Shown here: positions 42,829-53,335 of the stretch, one piece after another
How the letters are laid out: each line of letters starts with the position of its first letter
Position numbering within the stretch: the first letter of the stretch is position 1
NCBI GenBank assembly: GCA_963713855.1
Contig: OY970209.1
Location: 1,120,001 to 1,184,000, forward strand
DNA: 64,000 bases
Source: an uncultured bacterium
GTDB lineage: Bacteria > Babelota > Babeliae > Babelales > Babelaceae
Direction: 5' to 3'
The notes under the pieces: model-generated
Seen by the model: only the letters and a program-made list of their open reading frames with translations
What the model was told of the DNA's origin: nothing
Databases searched by the model: none
Program-made: the position numbers and the translations under genes

Positions 42829-43173
42829 TAAAAATATGCCGGTTTTTGTAATTCTCATAAGCATTTCTTGTTTTAAAATAGTTAATGGAAGCTTGTTTTG
42901 GAGAAAATATTAAAAGGCACGGAAGCTTTGTTCTGCTTATTGGCCAATATTTAGCTCAGCCTGCTGCTTTAATTTGCTTGTCAGAGAATCTTTTGGATTT
43001 TACAGCTCTTTGATCTAATGTTGGCTCACAATTAATTAATTCTGCGCATCGAAAATAGCAACAGAATAAGATAGTTGAACGAATTACCATTTTTTCTTAA
43101 AGAATAATATTATTATGTGTTATTATTTATGAAATAAAATTTTATGTTCTATTAAAATAGCCAAGGAGAATAC

Positions 43174-44484
43174 GTGGGTAAAAAAAGGGTAGGAGCACTC
43201 ATTGTTGCACTGTTCGTGCAGAATGAAGTCTTCTTGTACGCGATGGAAGGACAACGACCTGATGAAAATGTAGAATCGGGTATCAATTCTCATCCTGACG
43301 TTTCTATGAGCGATCGATATCGCGAAAGTCGCTACAGCTTGTCCGCATCTAGATCATTCAATACGCAGACTTTTTCAGACGGATTGCTTATGGAAGCTGA
43401 GCTTATTTGCGCTGAAAAATATTTAACTGGAGAGGAACTCGCCGATTATATGCTCGCGCTCAGTAGCTTTAATTTGGAAAGAAGCACAATATTCCTTGAG
43501 CACGGCGCAAACCTTACTTATGCTTTGAAGCGAATTCTTAGTAATGCTCAAATTAAGGGCGCAGACCTCAGAAACTGGGTCTTTTTCTGCCTAATTCATG
43601 GGGCTGTGATTCCTGAAGAATTGGCGCACCGAATACCTTATATAATTGGAGGAGATAGGATAGCTGACGTAACTACAAATATAATAAATGGGTTGCCTAC
43701 TAACGCGACGGATGAAGAAGTTCGCGAACTGTTTCTTTACGCTACAGGAGGCCAAACCCAGCTTGAATTTTTAGAATCCTTGCTACTCCGATACCCACGC
43801 ATTATACAGACTAGAAATTTGCAAGAAGGATTCATTAATGCCGCATATGCGGGTCAAATAGATATACTGAAAATGTTATATGAATTCTTGCTAAAAGGGA
43901 TGGATAAGAATGATGAAACTTGGCTAGAGACTTTTTCATATGCTCTTGCCCGCGCTGCCCAACAGGGGCATTCAGATATTGTCATTACAATCCTAAATTA
44001 TGGAAGTTTACACTCCCATGATTTTAGTCTAGATATAGCTATCGGAGGCGTGGAAGCGGCTCTCAAATTAGAAGGATTGCCTGAAGAGATACGAAAAAAT
44101 TACGAGAAACTGCTTGATAGGTTACGTACAGCAAATACAACTTCTGAAAAAGACAAAGTGCTTGAACGCCTAATCATTCTATCTTCTGAACAAGGTGGGC
44201 TTGGGAACGTAGCTATATCGGTCAAGGTGCCTAAAGTGAAATCCGTTGGCAAGCGCTCCGGAGCACAAACACAGCCTTCCTCGCCTACTACACCGACGAC
44301 GCCCAGAAGGGCCATGACACCAAGAACGCCTAGGATGCGCAGAGCCCAAACTGATGTCGGACAACCAAACCGTGAAGGTAGAATTGAAAGGCCAACAAAT
44401 AGGCACAGTCGTAGAAAGAATGCTTCTATTCTAAGACGTATCTTTGGTGATAAAGAAGAGAAAAACGGAAAAAAAGGTAAGTAG
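43174..44484 (+). CDS. Secreted degenerate-ankyrin protein with TP/Arg-rich disordered tail
   Basis: AAGGAG SD plus GTG; signal peptide, AMEG; AAYAGQIDILKML and AAQQGHSDIVITIL; tail SSPTTPTTPRRAMTPRTPR. Confidence 0.82.
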   Translation: MGKKRVGALIVALFVQNEVFLYAMEGQRPDENVESGINSHPDVSMSDRYRESRYSLSASRSFNTQTFSDGLLMEAELICAEKYLTGEELADYMLALSSFNLERSTIFLEHGANLTYALKRILSNAQIKGADLRNWVFFCLIHGAVIPEELAHRIPYIIGGDRIADVTTNIINGLPTNATDEEVRELFLYATGGQTQLEFLESLLLRYPRIIQTRNLQEGFINAAYAGQIDILKMLYEFLLKGMDKNDETWLETFSYALARAAQQGHSDIVITILNYGSLHSHDFSLDIAIGGVEAALKLEGLPEEIRKNYEKLLDRLRTANTTSEKDKVLERLIILSSEQGGLGNVAISVKVPKVKSVGKRSGAQTQPSSPTTPTTPRRAMTPRTPRMRRAQTDVGQPNREGRIERPTNRHSRRKNASILRRIFGDKEEKNGKKGK

Positions 44485-44487
44485 CAG

Positions 44488-44521
44488 GCAAGCTGGAGGG
44501 GAAGAACCTCCTTCAGCTTGC
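44488..44521 (+). terminator. 14-bp hairpin immediately after the stop codon
   Basis: GCAAGCTGGAGGGG-aagaac-CTCCTTCAGCTTGC (two G-U pairs); no U tract on the + strand. Confidence 0.4.
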
Positions 44522-44661
44522 AAAAAGAGTTCGTTTTGGAAAGCACTGAGCTTAACTGCTGCTGGAATTTTGTCTGCCCGATAAAATGTTGACATGTATA
44601 AATACTATTTAAAAAAATAAATTATAAATTATATCAATATAAAATTTTATTGGGGATTTGT

Positions 44662-46113
44662 ATGAGTTTGTTCGCTAACGCACGTTGCACGATTATAAGT
44701 CTTTTTCTTTTAACGTATAGCGTGGCGGTCTTTCCTGTTGACGAAGTAGACAAAGCGAAGAGAGCGCAAAAACAAGAAAGAAAAAAAAGAAGACTGGAAA
44801 GGCACCAGCTAAATTCGGATTTAGCAACGGCGGTTGAGAGAGGAGATATCCCGGTGGCACAAGAAGCACTAGAGGAAGGCGCCGACCCAAATATAAGAAG
44901 AGGGAGCGCTTTATTAGAGGCTGGGGGAGAATTTATACCTCATTACGGCGAATCACCTACCATGATTCAAACTGCTCTACTCCTAGGCGATTTGCATATG
45001 GTACAATTCCTTTCAGGTGTTGCCAGATTTAATCCAACTGGATTACCTCGTAGATCAAGAGGTAGCCTTCTCAATTTTGCTATCCCATCTGGAAATCTTG
45101 AATTGGTCGAATGGCTTGTTGCTAAGGGAGCCGATATGCTAGCGCCAAGTGGTACCTTAGATCAAAGGCCGATAGATGTAGCCCTCGTATTTGACCAGAT
45201 GCCCATTTTTCAATACTTATTAGAGCACGGTGCTGTAATAGCTGGTGGGCCATTGAGCTTAATAGGTCAGATAATCTCAGCCTCATGGAATCAGCCAGAC
45301 CAAACAATCATAAGATCAATTGATATTGCACTGGAAAATGGGTACGACATAAATGCTCATTTTGATGATCCAAGCCCTTTGTGGCTGGCTATTAAATACA
45401 AAAAACACGGAGGAATGCTTTTACAGTGGCTTATTGAGCAAGGTGCGGCTGTCACGACATCGGTAAATAAATTACTTGCACTGCGAAAGAAAGATGATAT
45501 CTTTGAAAATCCCCTACTTGATGCCATTGCTTTTGGACGTTTTGATGAGGCTTCAAAAATCCTGACAGAATTAAAAAATAAGACGCGCTTAAGCGGTAGT
45601 AACGAATTCTTAATAGCTGCAGCACTCGGTCTTGCGTCAGCTCAGGGGTTTACCCCTGTCGTTTTAGAGATCTTAGCTCGTTTCAGCACTGATCTTCATA
45701 ATAGACAAATATTTGCCGGTGCTCTTTTGCGAGCTGCTAGAAATGGGCACTCGGACGTTGTTCAAGCAATTTTTGAAAATCAGTCTGGGGCAATTGAACA
45801 TAACATTAAAGATTGGAGACAGGACTTGAGCAGAGCTTTGCGCTTGGCAGCTCTATAGTGAAGAAAAGACGTTGTAATGGTCATTCTTACTCAAAATTCA
45901 ATCCGCAATCTGATGATCCCACTCGATCCGGCTATGAAAGCTCTTCGAGAGGTCCTTGGCCAATCTCTAAGCGAAACAATGAGAAAAGAATACACTGAAC
46001 TTTTAGAAACCCTCGAGTTCGCCGGAACACATGAGCGGTCTCCGGAAGAAAATTTACTTGGACTACCTTCGGGGATAACGCGGCAACCAGCACATGATTC
46101 ATTATCACACTAG
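44662..46113 (+). pseudogene. Secreted ankyrin protein interrupted by adjacent TAG-TGA
   Basis: ORFs 44650..45858 and 45877..46113 are in the same frame; RLAAL**RKDVVMVIL aligns with RAAQQGHSDIVITIL of the 43174 protein. Confidence 0.75.
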
Positions 46114-46146
46114 GTTTACACATCTTTTTACTTTTTTTATTGTGCT

Positions 46147-46539
46147 TTATAGGTGTGACTTTATGCCTGCAAGGTAGACATTACCGTTACCATCCAAGTG
46201 GAGGCTTAAAGTAGAATTATCACAAGTAGTCGGCAGATTGGCAGTGTTTCTTGGCAGACCTAAATTGAACTTCGTTCCATTTTTATCTTGTAACTGGCCT
46301 TCAACGCTGTTAAAGCAGCACGGTATTCCCGTGGCTGTTCCTTTCATCACTACTTTTTGCTTTTGGGAAGCACCCTGTGCAATGGGATCAAAGAAAGCGT
46401 CATAGCACCAGCTGGGGGTACGAACTATCACATTTGTAGCAGTGTAACCAGTCCAATTAGATACCCAAATATCAGTCGCTAAGCAAAAAGTGGAGAGCGT
46501 AAGCATTGGTAGTAAGGCTATAACTCGATAAGAAATCAT
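46147..46539 (-). CDS. Small secreted Cys-containing beta-rich protein
   Basis: AGGGG SD, signal peptide, C..CC..C pattern resembling the 59632/60321 domain. Confidence 0.8.
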   Translation of the reverse strand: MISYRVIALLPMLTLSTFCLATDIWVSNWTGYTATNVIVRTPSWCYDAFFDPIAQGASQKQKVVMKGTATGIPCCFNSVEGQLQDKNGTKFNLGLPRNTANLPTTCDNSTLSLHLDGNGNVYLAGIKSHL

Positions 46540-46812
46540 TTTTGGCCCCTTTATAATGTCTAATTTAATTTAGGGTTATATACTTATAATAAACAAATTA
46601 AATTCCAAAATGCAATAATTACACTGGAATAATGGCGACAATTGATTTTTGCCCAAAAAGCCCCTACCTGTAGAAAATCGAGGAAGGTTTTTGGTTTCAT
46701 GAAAGTCGATAATCGTGAGTCCTTATAATACAAGAAAACTACGGCCAGGATTACAGGTACCTGGCCTATTAGTCGAGTGTTTAGAAATAGTGTAACTCTT
46801 TTCTCGCTTACC

Positions 46813-47230
46813 CTAGCAAGTTGCTAACGGTCCGCACTCGGTTGCCTTTTCCTTGGCATAGACGTGCTCTAAGTCTTCTAACCACGATGTATCGATTTCG
46901 CGTATAGATCGACCCATCTTGAGACCCATAAGCTCTCGTAATAGCATGTAATGGAAAATCACTTCAACCCAATAGCTTTTATCATCGGGATTTTTCTGAA
47001 GTTCTTCTGTAAAAGCACCAATTGCATGAAGGAGGGAGCCAATTTTTTGCGGAAGGCTTACGACGCCGTTATCTTCCCAAAAGACCAAAGCGTATTTTTT
47101 CCATTCCTCATAAGGTATTCCGTACGAGTACAATGAGTTTACATCCTGACGGAGTAACTTTACTGTCTTTGGGTTTCCCCACTTCTTTCTCAATTTTGGC
47201 GATTTCTTTTAATACATTCATACCTTGCAT
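46813..47230 (-). pseudogene. Remnant of a helical-repeat gene related to 48849 and 54847
   Basis: FHYMLLRELMGLKMGRSIREIDTSWL and LYSY..YEEWKK match the repeat; no leader, broken 5' frames. Confidence 0.55.
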
Positions 47231-47340
47231 AGAAGGTTGATTCATGGTTAGAGATGGAAGTCCCGGAATCCAGCCCGTAAGAGACTGTGCGGCGATCTTC
47301 TCTATGAATTTCGTTGATTGTGTCTTCTAGTCGATAGTAC

Positions 47341-48705
47341 TTATGTTTTGACATAGCGTGCCGCTTTTCCGCTGCCAATCTTTTTGATTAATTTTTGAAA
47401 GACCAATAAAGATAGCCTTCTGCCCGCTGTAGCTCGACTGAGATGAAGCTGCTCGATCACGTCTACAATCGTTATCTCCGGTGAGGTATCAAGTAGTTGC
47501 ATAATACGATGTAGATCGCTCTCTATACCTGTTGTTTCAGGTGTTTGTTGCTCTCTCATTTGCTTTCTTGGCAATATACACTTAACGTAATTTTCGCCTT
47601 CGGTAACTTGCGGCGTTGGTAAACCTCGTTCCCGATAGCTTTCAAAAAGTGTGAGAAATCCAGTTCCTAAAGTCTCAATAAGCCCAAGATGTCGCAGTAG
47701 TTTGGTTATTGCCAGGTTGCGGATATAGGTAAGTCCGCATAAAAGTGTATCAGGGGTTAGAGGGCCCGGAAATCCGCCAGGACTAAAGATTTCAATTCTG
47801 TTATCAAAAAGAGCTATCTTTATTGGGGCTTGAATATGGTAATTGCGGTGCACTATCGCATTTATGAGTATTTCGCGCAAGGCTATTTCAGGTATTTCAA
47901 GTTGCTCGGCTCTTTTTGGCCCCTCGATGACGAATGAGCGCTGAAGCTTACTAAGAATGAAGTTATACGCTTCGTAAAACTGATTCACCAATGTGCCGGT
48001 ACAGTCGAGTGAAGAAAGAGCTTCACGCCCCGAAATCCCAGCAAATTGGGTACAAATAATAAATGCTTGGTTAAGAAATCGTTGAGGATCTTTTGCGCAT
48101 ACTAGGATTCCTGCGACAGTTGGGTACTGATGCGCGTGCTCATGAGCAACAAGATTGTAAGCATCAAGAGCATTTTCTACCGCTACCTGTGCTCCAATAT
48201 TAATCTTGCGCTGAGTAAGAAATTCCTTAATTTTATGTACGTCAAGATCTTCCACAGTAGCCTGATACACGGGCATCATATCGAAAGATTTGCCGCGGGA
48301 TTGCCACTTGAGCTCCTCTATCATGTCTGCGTTTGCTAGTAGTGTGCTTCTACCAAGACGAATATAGGTGCCTTTATCCAATCCATCTGATTTCTTGAAA
48401 TAAGGTTTATTCATGCCAGCGCATACTTCAATGATGAGAATGGTTTTGCTTCCTATCGTCTGTGCATATATTTGAGGGATGATGGGAGGTTGCGAAGCCT
48501 CATGAATCGACTTGTCAAGATACTCCATTGCTTGCTGAATATCTCCTTCAGCCATCCCAACAATTGTTCCGTTATTGTCGACCCCAATAACAAGCTTGCC
48601 GCCGTTCTGGTTACAAAAACCAATTACTGTTTTAATGATCTGGTCGCTCTTTGGAAGTTCCCTTTTAAGTTCGAGAGTTGACGACTCGCGCTCACCATAC
48701 TTCAT
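47341..48705 (-). CDS. AlbA_2 (Schlafen-like) plus HATPase_c_4 (RecG C-terminal-like) plus winged-HTH protein
   Basis: ESSTLELK, FCNQNGGKLVIGVDNNG, ALREILINAIVHRNY, RIEIFSPG, IRNLAI, IETLGTG, C-terminal LSRATAGRRL HTH. Confidence 0.88.
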   Translation of the reverse strand: MKYGERESSTLELKRELPKSDQIIKTVIGFCNQNGGKLVIGVDNNGTIVGMAEGDIQQAMEYLDKSIHEASQPPIIPQIYAQTIGSKTILIIEVCAGMNKPYFKKSDGLDKGTYIRLGRSTLLANADMIEELKWQSRGKSFDMMPVYQATVEDLDVHKIKEFLTQRKINIGAQVAVENALDAYNLVAHEHAHQYPTVAGILVCAKDPQRFLNQAFIICTQFAGISGREALSSLDCTGTLVNQFYEAYNFILSKLQRSFVIEGPKRAEQLEIPEIALREILINAIVHRNYHIQAPIKIALFDNRIEIFSPGGFPGPLTPDTLLCGLTYIRNLAITKLLRHLGLIETLGTGFLTLFESYRERGLPTPQVTEGENYVKCILPRKQMREQQTPETTGIESDLHRIMQLLDTSPEITIVDVIEQLHLSRATAGRRLSLLVFQKLIKKIGSGKAARYVKT

Positions 48706-48852
48706 GACTCATCCTGATAATAGAGATTAACTCAATTTACTTGATTGAGTTAAATGAGTCAATAGAATGATAAAATATAGCTCATTCAACTCAATATTAA
48801 CTCACTGAGTTAAATCATGAACTACCCTGAGATGATTGGGTTTTTGAGTTAA
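48706..48852. promoter_or_regulatory. Array of ACTCA/TGAGT motifs with two perfect inverted repeats
   Basis: TTAACTCAAT-7-ATTGAGTTAA (48727-48753), TTAACTCA-c-TGAGTTAA (48797-48813), plus further CTCA/TGAG copies. Confidence 0.65.
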
Positions 48853-51302
48853 GTTAGAACTGGGGGCTCTTTCGAAAGAGATGCCTTATCGATATCGGTC
48901 CAAGATTGTACAGGTGGCAGATGCTCAAGTTCTCTCAAGAAATTATACCTATAAAGTGCTTCTCGCTGTCGAAAAGAATTGCTAGGAGCATCTTTAAGAG
49001 ACAATAGTACCTGATCTCTTAAAGTAGATTTCTGTTGAGAAGTTGGGGTATTAGTGCTCTGAAAAAGGCTTTCTTGATGCTTTTTCCAATACTTGTATTG
49101 AACTTTTTTAAGCCAAGGAATGCTAATTTGCTTAACAGACTGTGCACGAGGCACATGGAGTAAATCACGTAGATAATTATATTCGTGTAAAGTCTTGATT
49201 TCAAAGTAAATGGGAGAAATTTCATAGAGATCAAGGAAGGTAAATATTAGAGTAACTAGCGAATCGATGCTCATATCTTTTTTTACGGTCTGTGTCGCGT
49301 CTTTCCAGAGCTGATAGTCTTGAGCACCTAACCATGCGAAGTCAATTGCAGAAAAATCAAGAACCGGTTTAAGCCCTGATAATTCCCTCAGAAAATTATA
49401 ACTATATAACACTTTCTGAGTCTTCAAGATATGCTCGGGATCAAACCTTCCAAACCTTCCTATAGACTCCAATAAATCAAGCTTTCGTTGGCTCAAATTA
49501 TCAAAATTTCTGGATAGATTCCATTCTTCTACCTTCTTTTGCTTCCATAAGGTATAAGGGGAGATGTCATTGAGACCAAATTTAAAAGCCAGGGCATTCA
49601 AGAGTTTTTCAACGTCATTTTGGTAAAACAACTCACCAGAGTCTTTCTGTTGAGAATCTACATCAGCACCATAAAGCGGACCGTAGACTTTTTGCATTGT
49701 TGAAAGACGTATAAAAAAATCGTGGGCCTTTTTAACATTTTCAACCGTCGGATCTGCCAAAAGGAGTTCTTGCCCTTTCTTAAGTAGGCTTTCAGTGGCC
49801 TTCTCGTACTCACGGGGTGTAGTTAATGCAAGCTGCTTACTTAATGGCTCATCACGTCGAGGCTCTGAAATGGACGACTTACTTCGCGCTGTTTCCATCA
49901 TGCGAGCAACTATAGCGCGTAGTTCTTTTTTGTAACTTTCTAATTTATTAGGATCTATTGTCATGTATCTATATATTTTTACACCGCTAGAAGGATTTAA
50001 AAGGAAATCATCGGTAAGTAGAATACGCCCCTGAATCATATCCATAACATCAACCGGAATTGCGGCGGGATGATTTTTGTAGATGTCTAAGTAGGTCTTC
50101 GCATCAATTTCTTGAGTGTTATAAGACCGTATAATTTTTCCTTGAGCATCCTTAAGAGTGATTCGTTCAAGTTTTGTCTCTTGCGTATAGAATGAACAAT
50201 TTTTCCAAATATCGTTACCTCCCAAGGCCATACAATTAACCGGCAGACCGTAAGGCAATGATAAATAGACATAATCATTTACCTTATCTTTGGGAATAAA
50301 GATTTGGAGCAGGCTGCCAGTATCACTAATAAGATATTTCTCATAGAGCGCAGTTAATTGGTCTACAAACTGAAGGTCAATTATAAGCCCAAGATCGGCA
50401 ACCACTCCCGCTATAAAGGAACGAGGGTTTTTTCCGTATGGGCTATTGATGCTTGTCCCGTCCAGAAAATACTGCATTGTTGATTCTGATTCATCCTTTG
50501 CATTGCCAAAAAGTGAAAGATTTACAGAAAGTAACAAGTTTCTTATTCGAGGGTCATGATCGATACTAAAGCCTTTCTTGAGCAAATTGGACAGTATTTC
50601 ATTCGAGCTGGAAGCCCCAGGAATCCGCAGGTAATAAAATGGGGAATCTGCTTTAGATTGAGCTGCATACTTTAAAACTTCAGTAACAATATCTTGAAAA
50701 AGGGCATAAATAGTAGCTTCTGCGTGATAAAACACATCATAAGACGCATGTTCTCGCTCTTTACTAATAGCTGAAAGCACAAGATTTTGTGGTATTTCTT
50801 GGTATTCGAGAGAATCGAGCACTTCTGCACGCAAATTGGGTCGCTTTAAAAAAGCTTCTGTTTGGGTAGCTGCTCCCTTGAGGGGTATATTGCGCAAGGT
50901 GTCCACATTTTTTAAATAATTACTATCTTCAACAGCAACTTCATTCACTAAGATAGGCTCAAAATGGCTTTGCAATGAAAATTTTTGGCTAAGGTTGTCG
51001 AGTAAATCATAAGCTTCCGAAAGCGCTAAGCGCCAGTCGGCTGTGGGCGAGTACCTTTGGTATACCTCCAGGAAGGTCAAAAGACGTCTATAAAGATTGT
51101 CAGCGGCAGCTTTATTGGAAGAAGTTACCGGCAAGCTTTCAAGTTTTTTTCCTGCTTCAATGAGCGGAAGTACTTTTTCTTCAAATACCTTATAGCTTGG
51201 GGCAGCGAAATCTGTACTGATAATTTCTTGAACAGTTGTTTGACCAAAGGCGCTACTTAAACTAATCGACAGTAAAGAGAGAATGAGCATTTTAAATTTC
51301 AT
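48849..51302 (-). CDS. Large secreted protein: possible ADP-ribosyltransferase-like domain plus 3 C-terminal helical repeats
   Basis: Signal peptide; VFYHA..LLSVN..LLQIFIP..IQGRILL strand order; YN(F/Y)LR(E/D)L repeats. Confidence 0.7.
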   Translation of the reverse strand: MKFKMLILSLLSISLSSAFGQTTVQEIISTDFAAPSYKVFEEKVLPLIEAGKKLESLPVTSSNKAAADNLYRRLLTFLEVYQRYSPTADWRLALSEAYDLLDNLSQKFSLQSHFEPILVNEVAVEDSNYLKNVDTLRNIPLKGAATQTEAFLKRPNLRAEVLDSLEYQEIPQNLVLSAISKEREHASYDVFYHAEATIYALFQDIVTEVLKYAAQSKADSPFYYLRIPGASSSNEILSNLLKKGFSIDHDPRIRNLLLSVNLSLFGNAKDESESTMQYFLDGTSINSPYGKNPRSFIAGVVADLGLIIDLQFVDQLTALYEKYLISDTGSLLQIFIPKDKVNDYVYLSLPYGLPVNCMALGGNDIWKNCSFYTQETKLERITLKDAQGKIIRSYNTQEIDAKTYLDIYKNHPAAIPVDVMDMIQGRILLTDDFLLNPSSGVKIYRYMTIDPNKLESYKKELRAIVARMMETARSKSSISEPRRDEPLSKQLALTTPREYEKATESLLKKGQELLLADPTVENVKKAHDFFIRLSTMQKVYGPLYGADVDSQQKDSGELFYQNDVEKLLNALAFKFGLNDISPYTLWKQKKVEEWNLSRNFDNLSQRKLDLLESIGRFGRFDPEHILKTQKVLYSYNFLRELSGLKPVLDFSAIDFAWLGAQDYQLWKDATQTVKKDMSIDSLVTLIFTFLDLYEISPIYFEIKTLHEYNYLRDLLHVPRAQSVKQISIPWLKKVQYKYWKKHQESLFQSTNTPTSQQKSTLRDQVLLSLKDAPSNSFRQREALYRYNFLRELEHLPPVQSWTDIDKASLSKEPPVLT

Positions 51303-51470
51303 CTATTTTCTTTCTTTATATTTTAATAATATATTAATATTATAATAGAAAATATCAACAAAAAGCAATGATCGCTCATCTCAAAGAGCAACATTCATTG
51401 CGTAAATAAGTGCTTTCTTAGGATGTCGAAAGTTGGTTTTAGCACGGTTTTGTAGAAGAGTTTTTCGTAA

Positions 51471-51683
51471 TTAAAACAAGTCGGTATCAGGGCACTTAAG
51501 AGCAACGCAATTCCAGTACTCATGTGGACAATTTTGGCCTATGCCACCTAACGGGGACAAGGCAGCAAGACAAAAGCGCTTTGCACATTTATTTAGACAA
51601 TCTTGTATAGCACCTGGTCTTGTTTGCCCAACAAAAGCAGAACAGATGAATAAAAATAGTACGAACCGAGATGCGATTTTCAT
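51471..51683 (-). CDS. Small secreted 6-Cys peptide
   Basis: AAGGG SD, signal peptide, mature C-x3-C-x4-C-x13-C-x6-C-x4-C. Confidence 0.7.
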   Translation of the reverse strand: MKIASRFVLFLFICSAFVGQTRPGAIQDCLNKCAKRFCLAALSPLGGIGQNCPHEYWNCVALKCPDTDLF

Positions 51684-51870
51684 TATTTTTCCCTTTAATT
51701 ACATCATTCTATACTATATTATCATTATAATTTTCTAATATGCAATAATATTAAAAACCATAAACCCATCTGTCAATTGGCTCTGTGGCTTATTTGATGC
51801 TTTTGTAACCGTATCGATCGTAGCTATTTCTCTATTAATAGCATGGAGCAATGGCCAAGTTTTATAACAA

Positions 51871-51902
51871 GGGGAGCGCCAAGGAAACCCTTGGTGCTCC
51901 TT
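51871..51902. terminator. GC-rich hairpin, possible terminator
   Basis: GGGGAGCGCCAAGG-aaac-CCTTGGTGCTCCTT. Confidence 0.45.
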
Positions 51903-51944
51903 ACTTGGCAAGAACTTACGTTAACTCAATAAGCATCAGCGCCT

Positions 51945-52252
51945 TATTCATACTTCCGCACGAATTCTTGAAGGAAAATGGCAGGCACTTGAGGCCAGGA
52001 AGCACGTGAGTTTTCTTCAATAGCTCTGACGGGATTTTCCGTATCAATTATTCATATCAAAAAAGACCACAAGCAGTTAAGGTGGCATGCGTCGCGAGTT
52101 TGCTCACTATGAGCAACATTCACCGCTGTCCGCATACAAAGCAAAGAGCTTCATGTCGCTCTTCTTCGTTCTCTCTCTGTTCATTGCTTGCACTGGCAGA
52201 GCGCAGCCTGATAAAGCGATTGCTATAAAAAAAGTTTCACGATATTTTTCAT
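51945..52252 (-). pseudogene. Degraded secreted-protein gene
   Basis: Adding one T to the T7 run (52227-52233) restores MKNIVKLFFIAIALSGCALPVQA-M; downstream frames are broken. Confidence 0.35.
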
Positions 52253-52464
52253 TTTTCTATCCGTATAAGAAAGAATATTGAGGATTTATAAAATTTCAGT
52301 ATTAACAAATTTCTTTTTGCGTCAAAACTTTAAAAGCTATCGCCATTATCTCTCCTTATTTTAAAGCACAATGTAGCACGTCCACAAAAAAGGTGAAAAA
52401 GTTCGGTAGAGTTTTCTTTTTTGGCTGGTACAATTGAAAAGAAGTTATTTTCAGGATTCTAAAT

Positions 52465-53235
52465 ATGGACTATAGAAAATTTGCTACATTTCTTTTGCTT
52501 ATCGGCCTGCTTTTTAATGTTACACACACAAGTGGCCAAAGTTTTTTAAAAACGGCTTATAAAAGACCTTGGGAAGCTTTTTTTGTTGGATTTCTGGCAC
52601 GGGCTCTTTCCCATTACATTGCGGAACTGACTGCTCATCAAATAATCAACGATCGTTGGTTGACAAAAGACGCAGAAGAAAAATATGAATGGCTTAAAAG
52701 AACTTACCCTTCAATTGAAGCTTCAGTGGCACAAAGCCTTCCTCTTGTAACAAATCTTATTTCACTCGGGCAAGCTGTTTACATGTGGGTACTGGCCAAA
52801 CAATGGTACATCTATTTGCGCTCGATACCAGGTCGACAACATGAGAAGATGAGCCAAGCTTATGACGGAGGCATGGCAGCTTACTTAATATTCGTTGCAT
52901 TTCTTTCGCTCTGGAAAGGCCTTGACAGCTTAAAGATATCAGGAGAAATTGCAAAAGCCTCTACGGCCTTTATAGTCGCACTTTTCGCCCACTATTGCTC
53001 TTTTGTAGGCGTCGGAACTGCTGCTGCACAACAAGTAAGAAGGGATGAATATTTACCAACTATGGCCTTCTTTATTGTTGGAACTATCGCTTCTTTCCTT
53101 GCTGAAAGGGGATTTTTTGCCCTGGGTGCTTTAGAGCCGTGTAAATCGTGCCGTACAGTATATCATAGCGGAAGCGATGCAGCATTTGCAGGTTGGTGGG
53201 CTATACCCGATATCATGAAATTCTCAAGAGCTTAA
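52465..53235 (+). CDS. Multi-pass membrane protein with C-terminal CxxC
   Basis: Signal peptide, about 5 hydrophobic segments, EPCKSCRTVYHSGSDA; paralog of 55937. Confidence 0.8.
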   Translation: MDYRKFATFLLLIGLLFNVTHTSGQSFLKTAYKRPWEAFFVGFLARALSHYIAELTAHQIINDRWLTKDAEEKYEWLKRTYPSIEASVAQSLPLVTNLISLGQAVYMWVLAKQWYIYLRSIPGRQHEKMSQAYDGGMAAYLIFVAFLSLWKGLDSLKISGEIAKASTAFIVALFAHYCSFVGVGTAAAQQVRRDEYLPTMAFFIVGTIASFLAERGFFALGALEPCKSCRTVYHSGSDAAFAGWWAIPDIMKFSRA

Positions 53236-53335
53236 CTAGCTAGTCTTTTGCTTACGCTGCAGTATTTTCGCATTTTTCGAGCTTGTGCCTTGAAAGGCTC
53301 TTCCGCTATCATTTTTGCAGTAACAGGGTTTACCC

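Noticed and set aside
32687..45861. TGA at conserved Gly positions (32687, 45859) suggesting genetic code 25
   Set aside because: The very Gly-rich long ORFs contain no in-frame TGA, and TGA ends paralogs exactly where another uses TAA (DTL-TGA versus ETL-TAA).
52060..52150. RING-like Cys/His scraps (LCFVC, ACHLNC) in the degraded gene
   Set aside because: They lie in different frames and need several repairs, which is too weak to call.
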